Shown: piece by piece, positions 20,001 to 31,924 of the stretch
Numbering within the stretch: the first letter of the stretch is position 1
Layout: every line of letters begins with the position of its first letter
DNA from: an uncultured Verrucomicrobiae bacterium
Lineage (GTDB): Bacteria > Verrucomicrobiota > Verrucomicrobiia > Limisphaerales > CAVQOW01
Direction of reading: 5' to 3'
Length of the DNA: 64,000 nt
NCBI GenBank assembly: GCA_963714605.1
Contig: CAVQOW010000016.1
Span: 6,845 to 70,844, forward strand
Notes under the pieces: model-generated
Seen by the model: only the letters and a program-made list of their open reading frames with translations
Told to the model about the DNA's origin: nothing
The model's database searches: none
Made by a program: the position numbers and the translations under genes

Positions 20001-21122
20001 GCCGGAGACCCATCGCATACTATGAGGCTTTGGGGTTGGGACAGAATGCCAACGGTCAGGGTGAACTGGCGGCTTTGCCCAACACCGTCATTAAGATTGG
20101 TAAACCAAACAGTCGCAATATAACTCCCTAATGCCAGAGAGTTGGCACCGGAATTCAGACTCACGGTTACGTTGGTTGTTTCGCCAACAGCCAGTGTGCC
20201 GTTGGTAGGTGAGGCATCGAGCCAGGGTGATGTGTTGGCCAAGGACCAGTCTAGTGAATTCGTCCCCGTGTTTATCAAAGAGAAAATATCGTTCGTTGTG
20301 CTGAACGGACCACCAACGCATCCCGTGGCATCAAAGCCTACTGCCGGTGTTATGAGCAAAGGGTCGGGTGGACATTTGCCTGAACTACCCGCGTTGTAGA
20401 TGGCTTGGATTTCGCTTTGAGTCAGGGCGCGGTTGTAAATGCTGATTTCATCCAACCTGCCGGCAAACCGCTGGCCGGCCCAAACATCGAGGCTTGCCAC
20501 ATTCCGATAACCCAAGCCCACAGGAACAGAAGTCCACGGGTGAATGGGATCAGGGGAAGTGGCGGACCCCACCTGTGCTCCATTGTGATACAGGATCGCT
20601 GTATGCGTCGCGTAGTCAAAGGTGAGGGCAACGTGACTCCATTGGTTGGGAACGATTTCCCCGCCGGCGGAGTAAACCATTAGATTGCCGTTAACGCTTA
20701 GAACGCCGTTGCGGACATTTGCGAAGAGCGTGCCAGGGCCCGTTGTAAGTCCAACGTCATTGATCCACAGGGCCGGCCCGCATCGCTGTCCTGCGGCTCC
20801 TGTACTCCACCACAGGACGCGGGGTGCTGTCATCGGTGGGGAAAATCCAACATTCAATGGTTAGACTTTGAACTGCCAGACTAGTGGCTGCTGGCACGAC
20901 CACCGCACTGTTAATGCCATCATAATTAAAGGCATCGCCGACCTCCCCAGCTGTGTAGGTGATGCTCTGAGCAGCGCCGTCATTCCCGCCAACGCTGTCG
21001 TTGGCATTACTCTCAGCCCGCCACCAACTCACCAACCCTGAGGGCGCAGGATCGCAAGGAGTCGCCGCTCTGGCGGAACCGGCCATGACGGACAATATCA
21101 TTGCTCCCGCGACTGCAATCAC
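17004..21122 (-). pseudogene. giant secreted LamG / Ig-like / autotransporter-associated beta-strand-repeat (PATR) surface protein, with 2 frame breaks and an IS5 insertion after codon 6
   Basis: ORFs 20757-21122, 17936-20857 and 17004-17939 tile one protein. It has a LamG motif (LVSWWRAESNANDS...DEISIYNRALTQSEIQAIYNAG), Ig repeats (YYQWQKNGSNL) and PATR repeats (NTYTGPTTVGGGTLFING). The original start codons ATG GGA AAA ATA TAT TTA lie at 22013-21996, beyond the IS. Confidence 0.75.
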
Positions 21123-21126
21123 TAAA

Positions 21127-21994
21127 AGCCCATATCAAAATGAGGAATGGAGCGAACGATGGCAGATGATGGCGCAACCGAGCGTAAGGAAGGCTTGATG
21201 AATATCGGCGCGACGTTCGTAACGAATCCGCAGGCGGCGGAACTGGTGCAACCAACTGAGGGTGCGTTCCACAACCCAGCGCGTTTTACCCAACCCGCTT
21301 CCATGCGGCGTTCGCGGGCGTGCCAGTTGATCGGCGATGCCGCGCTGTTGCAACCAGCGATGATGCGCGGCACTGCCGTAGGCGCGATCGCCTTGCACGA
21401 CCTCTGGCCGTTGACGCGGGCGACCGACCTTGCCCGGCACGGCAGGAATGGCCGCCACGAGCGGTTGGAGTTGGCGGCTGTCATGCACGTTGGCCGCCGT
21501 CAACTGGATGCTCAACGGCAAGCCTTGGGCATCGGTGCAAAGATGATGTTTGCTGCCCGCTTTGCGGCGGTCCGTCGGGTTGGGTCCCGTCTGAAGCCCC
21601 CAAAAACCGCGCGCACACTGCTGGAGTCCACTACGGCTCGTGACCAATCGAGCCGATCGGCTACGTGTAAGCGGCGCAACAATTCCCGATGGAGTTTTTC
21701 CCAGACGCCGGCCTTTTGCCAATCGCGCAGTCGGCGCCAGCAGGTCATGCCACTGCCACAACCCATTTCCAAAGGCAGGTCTTGCCAAGCCATACCGGTC
21801 TTGAGCACGAAGAGAATTCCGGTCAACGTCGCGCGATCCGAAATCGGTTTGCGCCCGGGAAATTTTCTTCGCCGCGCTCTTGGTGGAAGCAAGGGTTGGA
21901 TCACTGACCATAGCGAATCATCAACGAGTGGTTTTGCCATGCCCAGTTTATTGCAGAACTGGTCAAAAAATTACAATTCATTTTGTTACACGCT
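21127..21994 (-). mobile_element. IS5-family insertion sequence (IS427/IS1031-like), about 868 bp
   Basis: Imperfect terminal inverted repeats (AGCCCATATCAAAATGA versus reverse complement AGCGTGTAACAAAATGA, 13 of 17). Direct duplication CTAA(A) at 21122-21126 and 21995-21999, which fits the IS5 YTAR target. Confidence 0.8.
21135..21940 (-). CDS. IS5-family DDE transposase, two overlapping ORFs probably joined by a -1 frameshift
   Basis: ORF1 is 21512-21940 (MAKPLVDDSLWSVIQPLLPP...DSSSVRAVFGG). ORF2 is 21135-21911 (...GPNPTDRRKAGSKHHLCTDAQGLPL...NVHDS...DRAYGS). The frames switch at a T5G5 run (minus strand, 21597-21606). Confidence 0.85.
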
Positions 21995-22473
21995 CTAAAT
22001 ATATTTTTCCCATATCTTTCTCCTGTTGTGGGCTTCATTCTTCATTTATTGTTTGGGGTAATCATCATCATCGCGCGGTAAAAGCGTTGTGGATCCGGCC
22101 TGATGGAAACAGTTCACAGGGTGCGATTGGTTGCGGTGAGGACACCAATCCTCGCAGGCAGTATGAACCAAGGGAATAGACGGAGGCGAACTCAATCTCT
22201 CCCCAAAACCGCTCGTGTACCAAACTCCTGTCGGTTTGATTTGCACTGAGACCCTTTCTGACAGTGTTGTTTATATGACTGGGTCGGCGCCGGGTCAACC
22301 TCAATTTTTCAACAGAAACGCGTTTCACCCTCTGCAGACTCGCATTTGGTCGCGCTGCTTAATTCTGCATCGTGACGAAACGAGCTGCGGAATGAAGCGG
22401 CGAATTGCCCAATCCCGCATATTTAACTCGCCAAAGCCGGGTGCGACAGGCAAACAGTTCCCCTCATTTGAAA

Positions 22474-24015
22474 ATGACCGAGCAAATTGTCATCCTTGAT
22501 TTCGGATCGCAATACACGCAAGTCATCGCTCGTCGCATCCGCGAGTGCAATGTGTATTCGCAAATCCTGCCCTTCAACGCGCCCGCCCGCCAACTCGCAG
22601 CGCTCGCGCCCAAGGGCATCATTCTGTCCGGCGGCCCGGCCAGTGTGTACGCGAAGAAGTCGCCGCTGCCCGACCGGCGGATTTTTGAACTTGGCGTCCC
22701 GGTGCTCGGCATTTGTTACGGCGTGCAACTGTTCGCACAGTTCCTCGGCGGCAAAGTTGAGAAAGGCGACAAGCGCGAGTACGGCAAAGGCACGTTGCGC
22801 GTGACCGACAGCTTCTGTCCGCTGTTCGCCAACCTGCCTGAGTCGCTGCAAGTTTGGAATTCCCACGGCGACCGGCTCACGCGGCTGCCGCGCGGTTTCA
22901 AACCCGTCGCTGTCACTGAGAATTCTCCCTACGCCGCCATCGAACATCGCCGGAAAAAACTTTTCGGCCTGCAATTTCATCCCGAAGTCGTGCATACGCC
23001 ACGCGGCAAGGAGGTCATCGCCAACTTTGTCCACAACATCTGCGGCTGCGGCAAGAATTGGACGATGCGCAGCTACATCGAGCAGGCGGTTGAGCAAATT
23101 CGCACGCAAGTCGGCAAGGAAAACGTCATCCTCGGCCTGAGCGGCGGCGTGGATTCGAGCGTGGCGGCGGCGCTGATTCACAAGGCCATTGGCAAGCAGC
23201 TCACGTGCATTTTCGTCAACAACGGCGTGCTGCGCGGACGCGAGGCGAGGGTCGTGCGGGAAGTTTTTGGCCGCCACTTCAAAATCAAACTTCAATACGA
23301 AAACGCGTCAGGCCTGTTTCTTCGCCGGCTCAAAGGCGTGATCCATCCTGAACGCAAAAGGAAAATCATCGGGCGGACGTTCATCGAAGTCTTCGAGGCG
23401 GCAACGAAGCGCGCGGGAAAGGCGAAATTCCTCGCGCAAGGCACGCTTTATCCCGACGTGATCGAGTCCGTGCCCATCGCGGGCAATCCCGCGGCGATGA
23501 TCAAAAGTCATCACAACGTCGGTGGCTTGCCCAAACGATTGAAGTTCCAGCTCGTCGAACCGTTGCGCTGCCTGTTCAAGGATGAAGTGCGCGAGCTTGG
23601 ACTTGAACTCGGCCTGCCGCGTGAAATCGTGTTGCGACAGCCGTTCCCCGGCCCGGGTCTGGCCGTGCGCATCCTCGGCGAAGTCACGTCTGAACGCCTG
23701 AGTATTTTGCGCAACGCCGACACCATTGTCGTGCAGGAGATGAAGAACAGCGGTTGGTATTACAAGATTTGGCAGAGTTTCGCCGTGTTGCTGCCGGTGC
23801 GCAGCGTGGGTGTAATGGGCGACGAGCGGACTTACGATTACACCATCGCTGTCCGCGCGGTGGAGTCGCAGGACGGCATGACCGCCGATTGGGTGAAACT
23901 GCCTTATGACCTGCTGGAAAAACTCGCCAGCCGAATCATCAACGAAGTCAAAGGCGTCAACCGCTGTGTGTTCGACATCACCAGCAAGCCGCCGGGAACG
24001 ATTGAGTGGGAATAA
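22474..24015 (+). CDS. guaA: GMP synthase (glutamine-hydrolysing)
   Basis: The protein starts [24 protein letters not shown]. It has a GATase domain (GICYGVQL), the ATP-PPase P-loop LSGGVDSS, and the C-terminal end PPGTIEWE. Confidence 0.95.
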   Translation: MTEQIVILDFGSQYTQVIARRIRECNVYSQILPFNAPARQLAALAPKGIILSGGPASVYAKKSPLPDRRIFELGVPVLGICYGVQLFAQFLGGKVEKGDKREYGKGTLRVTDSFCPLFANLPESLQVWNSHGDRLTRLPRGFKPVAVTENSPYAAIEHRRKKLFGLQFHPEVVHTPRGKEVIANFVHNICGCGKNWTMRSYIEQAVEQIRTQVGKENVILGLSGGVDSSVAAALIHKAIGKQLTCIFVNNGVLRGREARVVREVFGRHFKIKLQYENASGLFLRRLKGVIHPERKRKIIGRTFIEVFEAATKRAGKAKFLAQGTLYPDVIESVPIAGNPAAMIKSHHNVGGLPKRLKFQLVEPLRCLFKDEVRELGLELGLPREIVLRQPFPGPGLAVRILGEVTSERLSILRNADTIVVQEMKNSGWYYKIWQSFAVLLPVRSVGVMGDERTYDYTIAVRAVESQDGMTADWVKLPYDLLEKLASRIINEVKGVNRCVFDITSKPPGTIEWE

Positions 24016-24028
24016 GCAGAACGTCACG

Positions 24029-25219
24029 ATGCAAACCATCCAACGGGACGAAACTTTGACCGAGCCGGCCCCGTTATTGCAGTCCCCTCTCATCCGGCTC
24101 GGAGCCAAGCGGCGGTTGATGGGACTGTCGCTCGGCTGCATTGCTTCCCTGCTCAATGCATTCCGTTGGACGCGCGAAGGTTTGTTTCCGTCGCCGCCAA
24201 CACGAAGTGTGTTACTGATGGAACCGTTCGGCATGGGCGATTTGATTTCCCACGAACCGCTCATCCGGCTGCTGCGGAAAAACGATTATGAAGTTAATGT
24301 CTGCGCCCGCGCGGCATGGCGCCCACTTTTCGCAAGCGGCACCGTGTCGCGCTGGGTGGATACGCGGATTCCGTGGGTCAGCTATGACGACAGTTTGAAA
24401 TATTCCCTGGGAGCGCTTTGCTCGGCGGAATTGCGACATTGCCTGCGAGAACTTCGACAGATTGGGCGGGGTGCGATTGGCATTGATACACGCGGAGACA
24501 TCCGCAGCATTCTCCTGTTGCATCTGGCCGGCTGTCGGCAGGTGGTGTCGCTTTCGCATTATCTCGGCTACGACTTCAGGAATCTCCGTTCCGGCGCCAC
24601 CTTGGTACCTTATGCCAACGACCTCAAGCGCTGGGAATTGAACTTGAAGTTTTTGGAGTCACTCGGAATTCCGCCGGGGCGAAATGTCACGCCGCCCGTT
24701 TTTCCACATTTGTTACAAGCCAAGGTCAACGCGCGGCCCCGCCACATTGGACTTGTGCCTGTTGCGCCTTGGGCGGGCAAGTTCTGGCCTGCAGAGCGAT
24801 GGGCCGCCTTGATTGGTAAACTTCAGACCGGACAATGGCAAGTCATCGGCCTTTGCGGTCCGAACCAGATGGCTGCCACTCGAACTCAGCTTGGTACAAA
24901 ACTGGAAATCCGGGAATGCCCCACCGTCGAAGAATGGGCGGACGTTTTCACATCCTTGGGCGCGATTGTCACCGTTGACACTGGGCCGATGCATCTGGCG
25001 GCTGCGCTGGGTGTTCCAGTGGTCGCGCTGTTTGGCGCGGGGAAACTTCCATTGTGGTCGCCGAGCGGGTCGCACTGCCGGGTGGTTCACCACCAAGACG
25101 ATGCCGATTTCCAGCCGTGCCATCCAATCATAGCGAATGTCTCGCAAGGCTCGCGCTTCATGGAGCGTATCACCGTGACAGAAGTGTTGGCAGCACTCGA
25201 AGAGCTGCGAGCAAACTGA
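24029..25219 (+). CDS. glycosyltransferase family 9 (heptosyltransferase-like)
   Basis: FGMGDLISHEPLIRLL... and VDTGPMHLAAALGVPVVALFG are typical GT9 motifs. ATG at 24029. Confidence 0.8.
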   Translation: MQTIQRDETLTEPAPLLQSPLIRLGAKRRLMGLSLGCIASLLNAFRWTREGLFPSPPTRSVLLMEPFGMGDLISHEPLIRLLRKNDYEVNVCARAAWRPLFASGTVSRWVDTRIPWVSYDDSLKYSLGALCSAELRHCLRELRQIGRGAIGIDTRGDIRSILLLHLAGCRQVVSLSHYLGYDFRNLRSGATLVPYANDLKRWELNLKFLESLGIPPGRNVTPPVFPHLLQAKVNARPRHIGLVPVAPWAGKFWPAERWAALIGKLQTGQWQVIGLCGPNQMAATRTQLGTKLEIRECPTVEEWADVFTSLGAIVTVDTGPMHLAAALGVPVVALFGAGKLPLWSPSGSHCRVVHHQDDADFQPCHPIIANVSQGSRFMERITVTEVLAALEELRAN

Positions 25220-25256
25220 GAAACCCGTTGCGGGCAAAAATTTTAAGACACGCGCC

Positions 25257-26726
25257 TCACTTCATCGCGGCCAGCAGTTCGTTTAGGGAAACGGTGGCGA
25301 AGCTGGTGGCGTAGTCGCTCATCGCGTAGGGGATGATAAGTTCGCGTCCGTGCCGCAGCGCGCCGCACGTGTACACCACGTTCGGAACGTAACCTTCCCG
25401 CTCCGCTTCATTCGGGGCGAGCAGTGGTTCGCGCAGGCGGCCGAGGACGCGTGTGGGGTCGGCAAGGTCCAACAGGAACGCGCCAATGCAATACTTCCGC
25501 ATCGCGCCGACGCCGTGACTCAACACCAGCCAGCCCGCTTCCGTCTCGATGGGCGAGCCGCAGTTGCCGATTTTGAAAAATTCCCACGGTTGGGCCGGCG
25601 GCAGCAGCAGTTTCGGCGTTTGCCAGAAATGGATGTTGTCGGAAAACATCAGGAGGATGTTCTCGTCGTCCTGGCGTGAGAGCATGGCAAATTGGCCGTT
25701 GATTTTGCGCGGGAACAGCGCCATGCCCTTGTTCTGCACAGCGGGGCCGTTTAACGTGGTAAATTTGAAACCCACGAAGTCCGGCGTCTCCAGAAGTTGC
25801 GGCAACGTGATCTTGCCGTCGTACGCGGTGTAGGTGGCGTAGTAGGTGACGTTGCCGTCGTCATTCTGGAAGCGAACGAAGCGCGCGTCTTCAATGCCGT
25901 TTCTCTGGCTGGCCGTGGACGGAAAGAGGACGCGCTGAGAGACCCGGCTGCCGGGGGCAAAGTGGACTTCGTAGTTTGACTCGGCCAGCAACAGGATGCC
26001 GCGCACGGCACGGTCCGCCGTCGCATCCGCCGGGTCCGTTTGCCGTCGCTCCGCAGTCAGGACGTGGTGCAAGTCGTCCAGGATGAAAGCCTCAGGGAGT
26101 TGATCCAGCACGCGCCGGCAAAAATCATTTTGCACACCTGCTTCCTGGAGTTTGCGGGCAAAGAGCGCCTTCTCGTAAGCGGCGCTCGGCACGCGCTCCG
26201 GCTCGGTCACAAACGGCCCTGGCGGCGTGAGGATGATGCGTTGCTGCGCGCTGACGATGCCTGTGCGGAAGGTGATGGAGGAAATGTGCCCTTCGCCCGT
26301 GGCCCGCAGGCTCAGGATGAAACGAAGCGCGCCCTTGGGCAGTCCGGTCTGGTCGGGATGCGGCACGATGGAAGGATTGAACAGCGCCGCGGATTCCGGG
26401 GAATATTCGTGCGTGAAGTGGGCGCCGATGAGCGCCTGCCGTTCCGACGAAGTTTTCCATGCCTCGCCCAAGTAATGACGTAATTGGGCAAAGCGGTCGC
26501 GGAAAAATTTTTCAACGTGTTCATGCCGATCCTCAAATTCGCCCAGCACCTGGCTCAGCAATTGCGCGACGGCTTCGTCTGAGAGGGTCAGGACGCGGGT
26601 GACGATCTGCCGCGCGATGTCGTCGCTGCTGGGATAAAAGGGGCGCATCAGCACTCGCGAACGATCCGGAGTCAGGGTCGGCCCGATGCGTTTGGCGTGG
26701 ACGGTTGGTGGTGTAACTGTGGTCAT
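25257..26726 (-). CDS. GH130-family glycoside phosphorylase/hydrolase-like protein
   Basis: GIEDARFVRFQNDDGNVTYYATYTAYDG...KGMALFPRKINGQFAMLSRQD...GNCGSPIETEAGWLVLSHGVG is a GH130 beta-propeller signature. The start was chosen at MTTVTPP (26726). Confidence 0.8.
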   Translation of the reverse strand: MTTVTPPTVHAKRIGPTLTPDRSRVLMRPFYPSSDDIARQIVTRVLTLSDEAVAQLLSQVLGEFEDRHEHVEKFFRDRFAQLRHYLGEAWKTSSERQALIGAHFTHEYSPESAALFNPSIVPHPDQTGLPKGALRFILSLRATGEGHISSITFRTGIVSAQQRIILTPPGPFVTEPERVPSAAYEKALFARKLQEAGVQNDFCRRVLDQLPEAFILDDLHHVLTAERRQTDPADATADRAVRGILLLAESNYEVHFAPGSRVSQRVLFPSTASQRNGIEDARFVRFQNDDGNVTYYATYTAYDGKITLPQLLETPDFVGFKFTTLNGPAVQNKGMALFPRKINGQFAMLSRQDDENILLMFSDNIHFWQTPKLLLPPAQPWEFFKIGNCGSPIETEAGWLVLSHGVGAMRKYCIGAFLLDLADPTRVLGRLREPLLAPNEAEREGYVPNVVYTCGALRHGRELIIPYAMSDYATSFATVSLNELLAAMK

Positions 26727-26824
26727 GGTTTCATTTCCGCTACAATGGTCTATTGTAGTCCATTCACCGCAGAAGATAGCAAAAGCAGCGACGTTTAATT
26801 CGCCACACCCCCCCCCAGGCAGCG

Positions 26825-29109
26825 CTACTCGCCCGGTGGCTGTTCCTTGAAGCTGGTGAGGATGTTTTGCAGCGCCTGCATCTCCGCGAGCGCGAGCAAG
26901 AAGGCCAGTGTGGACTCCGCGCCCTGGTTCTGGCTCAGACGATCTACATGCAGGCCGTCGCGACAACCACCTGTGCTCGCGTCGTAGAGCGCCAGGCCCA
27001 GATCATTTCGACCAAGGAACCACTCGAACGCACGGCGCGCTTCCGCCACCCAGAACATGTCACTCGTCGCATGATACGCCTCGATGCATGCCGACACCGT
27101 CGCTTGTGCTTCGATCGGTTGCTGATCGAACAGCGCGCGTTCTTTGCCGCGTGGATAAAATCCGTTCGAGCCGATGGGCCGGAAAGAGCCGGCATCCGAG
27201 GTCTGAACCTTGACCAGCCAGCGCAAGGCTTTGAGCCCGGTTTGCAGGACGGGGGCGTTGTTCATGCAGAGTCCGCTGAGGATCAGAGCATGTGGCAGCT
27301 TGGCGTTCGTATAGGAAACCAGGTCTTCAAACCATTGCCAATCCTCGGTGGCGGCGTCGGTGTATCGCTGCACGAGTTTTGCGGTGAGCGTGTCGCGAAG
27401 CTGGTTCGCGCGCCGGTCGCCGCTGAGCCGGCGCAGATATTCGTCAATGCCGATGAGTGTGAACGCCCACGCCCGCGGCGACGTGAAATCGGCGGCCACG
27501 GGCAGCGCTTGCTCGAACAGTTCGGCCGCCAGCATCTGGAAACTGCCCTGACCTGCCTGCGCCACGCACAAGCCCAGCGCCCACAGCGCGTGACCCTGGC
27601 AATCTTCCGAGCCGACGGTCTCCAGCCAGCGACGATCGAAGCTCATGAAATTGCGGAAGCGCCGGTTCGACCGGTCGAAGGCGTGATTGAGAAAGGCCGC
27701 GTAGGTGGCGGCGCACGCGTTGATGGGCGGCGAATCGTGGCCCAACTTTTGCAACTTCACGGCCAGGACCAGGGCACGGGCGTTGTCGTCCGTGCAATAG
27801 CCTTCGGCGAAATTTGGCACTGTAAAGCTGGCGTGCTGAAATATGCCGGTTGAATCGGTCATCCGGAACAGATGATCGAGCTTCATCTCCGGCAACTGGC
27901 CAGGCTGCTTGTCGAGCGTCTTGATGGGCGACGACCTTCGTCCCACGAAGCTGTGGTCATGTCGTGCCTGCTCGAAGGACTTCATATACAACTGCGCCAC
28001 GCGGCTCCACACCATGTCGCGCCCCAGTTTGTAGGCGTTCTTGCGCATCGAATGGCGCAACGGTTCGTCGCGCAGCAGTTCGCGGACGGCACCCGCGATG
28101 GCCCCGGCGTCGCGGAACGGTACCAGCTTGCCGCGTTCCGCCGTCAGCAATTCCGTCGCGTGCCAGTAAGGCGTGGACACCACCGCGTTGCCGCGCCGAA
28201 CGCGTAGGCCAGCGTGCCCGAGGTGATTTGCGTCTCGGTCAGGTAAGGTGTGAGGTAAATGTCCGCCGCGCCGATGAACCGCATCAATTCCTCCAATTCG
28301 ACGAAGCGATTGAAGAAAACGACGTTTTTTTGCACGCCGAGGTCTTTGGCCAGCCGCTCGAGACTCAAGCGGTAAGCTTCGCCTTCCTCGCGGAGCAGAT
28401 TGGGATGCGTCTGGCCCAGCACGATATAGACGACGTTGGGAAATTCCCGGAGGAGTTCCAGCAGTGCGCGCAGCGCATATTCAATGCCCTTGTTCGGCGA
28501 CAGCAATCCGAACGTGAGCAACACCTGCTTGCCCGCCACGCCGAACTCGTCCTTGAAATAATTCGGGTCCGCAAAAGGCATGTCGGGAATGCCGTGCGGG
28601 ATGAGGTCGATCTTGGCCGCTGGCGCCTGATAGACCTCGCGCAGCAACTCCCGGCCCCGTTCGGTCATGACCACCAGCCGCGTCGAAAGCCGGATCAACT
28701 CCCGCATCACCCGTCGTTGCTCCGCATTGGGCTCGCGCAGAATCGTATGCAGCGTGGTGACGATGGGCATCCGCAGCTCGCGCAGAAGCGCCAGCACATG
28801 GCTGCCCGCCGGCCCGCCAAAAATGCCGAACTCGTGCTCCACGCAAATCACGTCCACGTCTGTGATGTTGAGGAAATCGGCCGCACGCAGGTAGGACGGC
28901 AAGTCCTGCTCTGCAATCTCGAAGCGCACCTCCGCCGGGTAATCGTAACCGCCTGCGAGGTCATTGACCGGCACAACCAGACATTGCATGGCCGGACACT
29001 CCGCCGCCACCGCGCAGCGCAAGTCGGTCGTGAACGTGGCAATGCCGCATTTCCTCGGCAGATAATCGCCAAGAAATGCGATCTTGTGGATGGCAGACGG
29101 TTCTTGCAT
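26825..29109 (-). CDS. GT4 glycosyltransferase fused to a C-terminal (alpha/alpha)-barrel-like domain (one frame break near 28150-28190)
   Basis: ORF 28144-29109 carries the GT4 N-half and core (KIAFLGDYLPRKCGIATFT...LLTFGLLSPNKGIEY...TPYLTETQITSGTLAYAFG). ORF 26825-28183 continues it (VSTPYWHATELL...) and adds a domain of about 330 aa. Confidence 0.75.
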
Positions 29110-29230
29110 AAAAGGACGTCCTCACCGGGGTGGCCAACTCACCCACTCTGCCTTTCCAAGGGATGGGAATCAAAAGAAATCGCGGGACTTTGCGCTGGCA
29201 CTGGATCGAAACCCTCGTTTTCTGTTCAAA

Positions 29231-29264
29231 TGAAAAAGCGAGCCACGTTGCCGTGACTCGCTTT
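29231..29264 (-). terminator. rho-independent terminator downstream of the H+-PPase gene
   Basis: The minus strand reads GCGAGTCACG-GCAA-CGTGGCTCGC (9 of 10 bp stem) followed by TTTTTCATTT. It lies 20 bp after the stop. Confidence 0.6.
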
Positions 29265-29283
29265 GAAAACCCGTTGTGGGCTG

Positions 29284-31733
29284 CTATGGATTCGTTCCTG
29301 CGGTTTCCTCCGGAATCCGCATGCAGTAGAACGAGCGATAAACGAAGATCAGCGCCACCACGAAGAAGCACGCGCCGATGGCCGTCTTTGTTCCCTGGCT
29401 GGTCATCGTCACTGCGATTTCCGTCGCGAGCAGGCCGAACAGCGTGGTGAATTTGATCACCGGATTCATCGCCACGGAAGACGTGTCCTTGAACGGATCG
29501 CCTACGGTGTCACCGACGACGGTGGCGGCGTGCAGGTCGGTGCCTTTCTGGCGGAGGTCCACTTCGACGATCTTCTTGGCGTTGTCCCACGCACCACCGG
29601 CGTTGGCCATGAAAATGGCCTGGAATAGGCCGAAGAACGCAATGGCCATAAGGTAGCCGATGAAGAAATACGGATTGAAGAACGCCAGCGCCAGCGTCAT
29701 GCAGAAGATGACGATGAAGATGTTCCACATGCCTTTCTGCGCATAAACGGTGCAGATGCGGACAACTTCCTTGCTGTCCTTTTCCGACGCGGTCGTGGCA
29801 TCGAGTTTCATGTGCTCCTTGATGTAAACCACCGCGCGATACGCGCCGGTGACGACCGCCTGGCAGGAAGCACCCGTGAACCAGTAAATCACCGCGCCGC
29901 CCATGAGCAGGCCAAGGATGATTTCAGGCTGCACGAGGCTGAGATGGCTGATCACGTCGCCGAACAGGTTTTGCAACAGGATGATGATTCCGAACACCAT
30001 CGTCGTCGCGCCGACGACCGCCGTGCCGATGAGCACGGGTTTGGCGGTGGCCTTGAAAGTGTTGCCCGCGCCGTCGCCCTTTTCGAGTTGATACTTGGCG
30101 TTTTCGAAGTCCGGCTTGAAACCGAAGTTCTTCTCGATGTCTTCCTTGATGCCTTTGCGTGATTCGATCTGGCTCAACTCATAGACCGATTGGGCGTTGT
30201 CCGTCACCGGCCCATAGCTGTCCACTGCGATCGTCACCGGTCCCATGCCGAGGAAGCCGAACGCCACCAAGCCGAACGCGAAGATCGGTGCGGCGAACGT
30301 GAAGGTCTCAGGCATCAACGCAACAATGGGCGAGCCCGGGTAACGGGCGAGAAGCACACTCAGGAGAGCATCAACGCGAGAATGCACAGTCCCATCCAGA
30401 ACGCGGAGAAATTGCCCGCCACGAAGCCCGACAGGATGTTCAACGACGCGCCGCCGTGCTTCGAACAATTCGTCACTTCGCGGACGTGGCGCGAGGTGGT
30501 GCTGACGAAAATCTTGGTGAACTCCGGAATCAGCGCGCCCGCCACCGTGCCGCACGAAATGATGGCCGACAGCACCCACCAGAGGTTGGCGTCCAGTCCC
30601 GGCTGTTTTGCGAGCAGGAGGTAGCTGGCCACAAATGTGATGATGATGGATACCGCCGAGGTGATCCATACGAGGTGTGTAAGCGGTGCTTCAAAATCGA
30701 AATCCTTCAAGTGGCCGTATTTCGCCTTGCTGATGATTTCATTCAGGAAATAGGAAACCAGCGAAGTCACGATCATCAACGCGCGCATCGCGAACAGCCA
30801 GATGATGAGCGTGGCGCAAATGGTCTGACTTGCCGCAAGAGCCAGCGCCAGGAACGCGATCAGCGCCACGCCGGTCACGCCGTAGGTCTCGAAACCGTCG
30901 GCGGTCGGGCCAACGCTGTCGCCCGCATTGTCGCCGGTGCAGTCCGCGATGACGCCGGGGTTCTTCGGATCGTCTTCGGGCAGCTTGAAAACGATCTTCA
31001 TCAGGTCTGAACCGATGTCGGCAATCTTGGTGAAAATACCGCCGCAAATACGGAGCGCCGACGCGCCGAGCGATTCGCCGATGGCGAAACCGATGAAACA
31101 GGGGCCGACCAGCTCACGCGGCAGGAACACCAGGATGCAAATCATGAAAAACAATTCCACACAAACCAGCAGCAGGCCGACGCTCATGCCGGAACGCAGC
31201 GGAATGCCGAGCGTGGCGAATGGATTCCCCTTCAGCGCGGAAAACGACGTGCGGGAATTGGAGACCGTGTTGATGCGGATGCCGAACCATGCAACGCCAT
31301 AAGAACCAAGGATGCCGAGTATCGAGGCGAGGAGGATGACAATGACATGAACGATGCTTTGGCCCTCGAGCACTTTGAAGTAGAAAAAGATGCATGCAGC
31401 GATCAACAACCACAAGATGGCAAGGAATTTACCCTGCTGGAAAAGGTAGGTCTTGCACGTTTCCCAGATGGTGTTCAAGACATTGCCCATGCACTCGTGC
31501 ACCGGAAGGGCTTTGGTCTGCTTGTATTGCACCACCCCGAAGGCGGCGCCGACAAAGCAAAGGAAAATGCCGAGATACATCAGCGTCAGACCACTGACGC
31601 CGCCCAGGCCGTCAAACGTAATTTGCGTCAGATCGGGGATTTTGATGTCCGCTTCGCCGGCAAATGCGCCAAACGACAGCCCCATGACAGCGGTGAGTAA
31701 TACAATCCAGTATCGTAATGATGTTTTAGCCAT
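29284..31733 (-). CDS. hppA: H+-translocating (membrane) pyrophosphatase (one frame break near 30360)
   Basis: ORFs 30360-31733 and 29284-30669 tile the protein. Motifs present: GGIFTKIADIGSDL, DNAGDSVGPTADGFE, GGAWDNAKK and DTVGDPFKDT. Confidence 0.9.
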
Positions 31734-31924
31734 AATTTGGCCGGGAAATTAGCAATTTAGCCTCAATCGTCCAACCATTTTTTGCCAAAGTCATCGCTCA
31801 AAATTGGCCTCGTCAGCCCGTGAAAAGCCCCAATTTCGAACGCGCTCCAAACCTTATTTGACACGCGGCGGCTGGTGAATGAAAATAACCGCCGTAAGCC
31901 GTTAACCATTAACCGAAGAACATT

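Noticed and set aside
17004-21122. Diversity-generating retroelement targeting the LamG/Ig giants
   Set aside because: There is no reverse transcriptase gene, and I found no template/variable repeat pair anywhere in the window.
26867-29256. Long plus-strand ORFs (26867-27853, 27964-29256)
   Set aside because: They are antisense to the GT4 fusion gene and have a biased Arg/Ala/His composition.
31858-31886. Sigma-70-like promoter (TTGACA, 17 nt, GAAAAT) upstream of the peroxiredoxin gene
   Set aside because: The -35 match is perfect but the -10 is weak, and promoter consensus for this lineage is uncertain. It is not reported as a feature.
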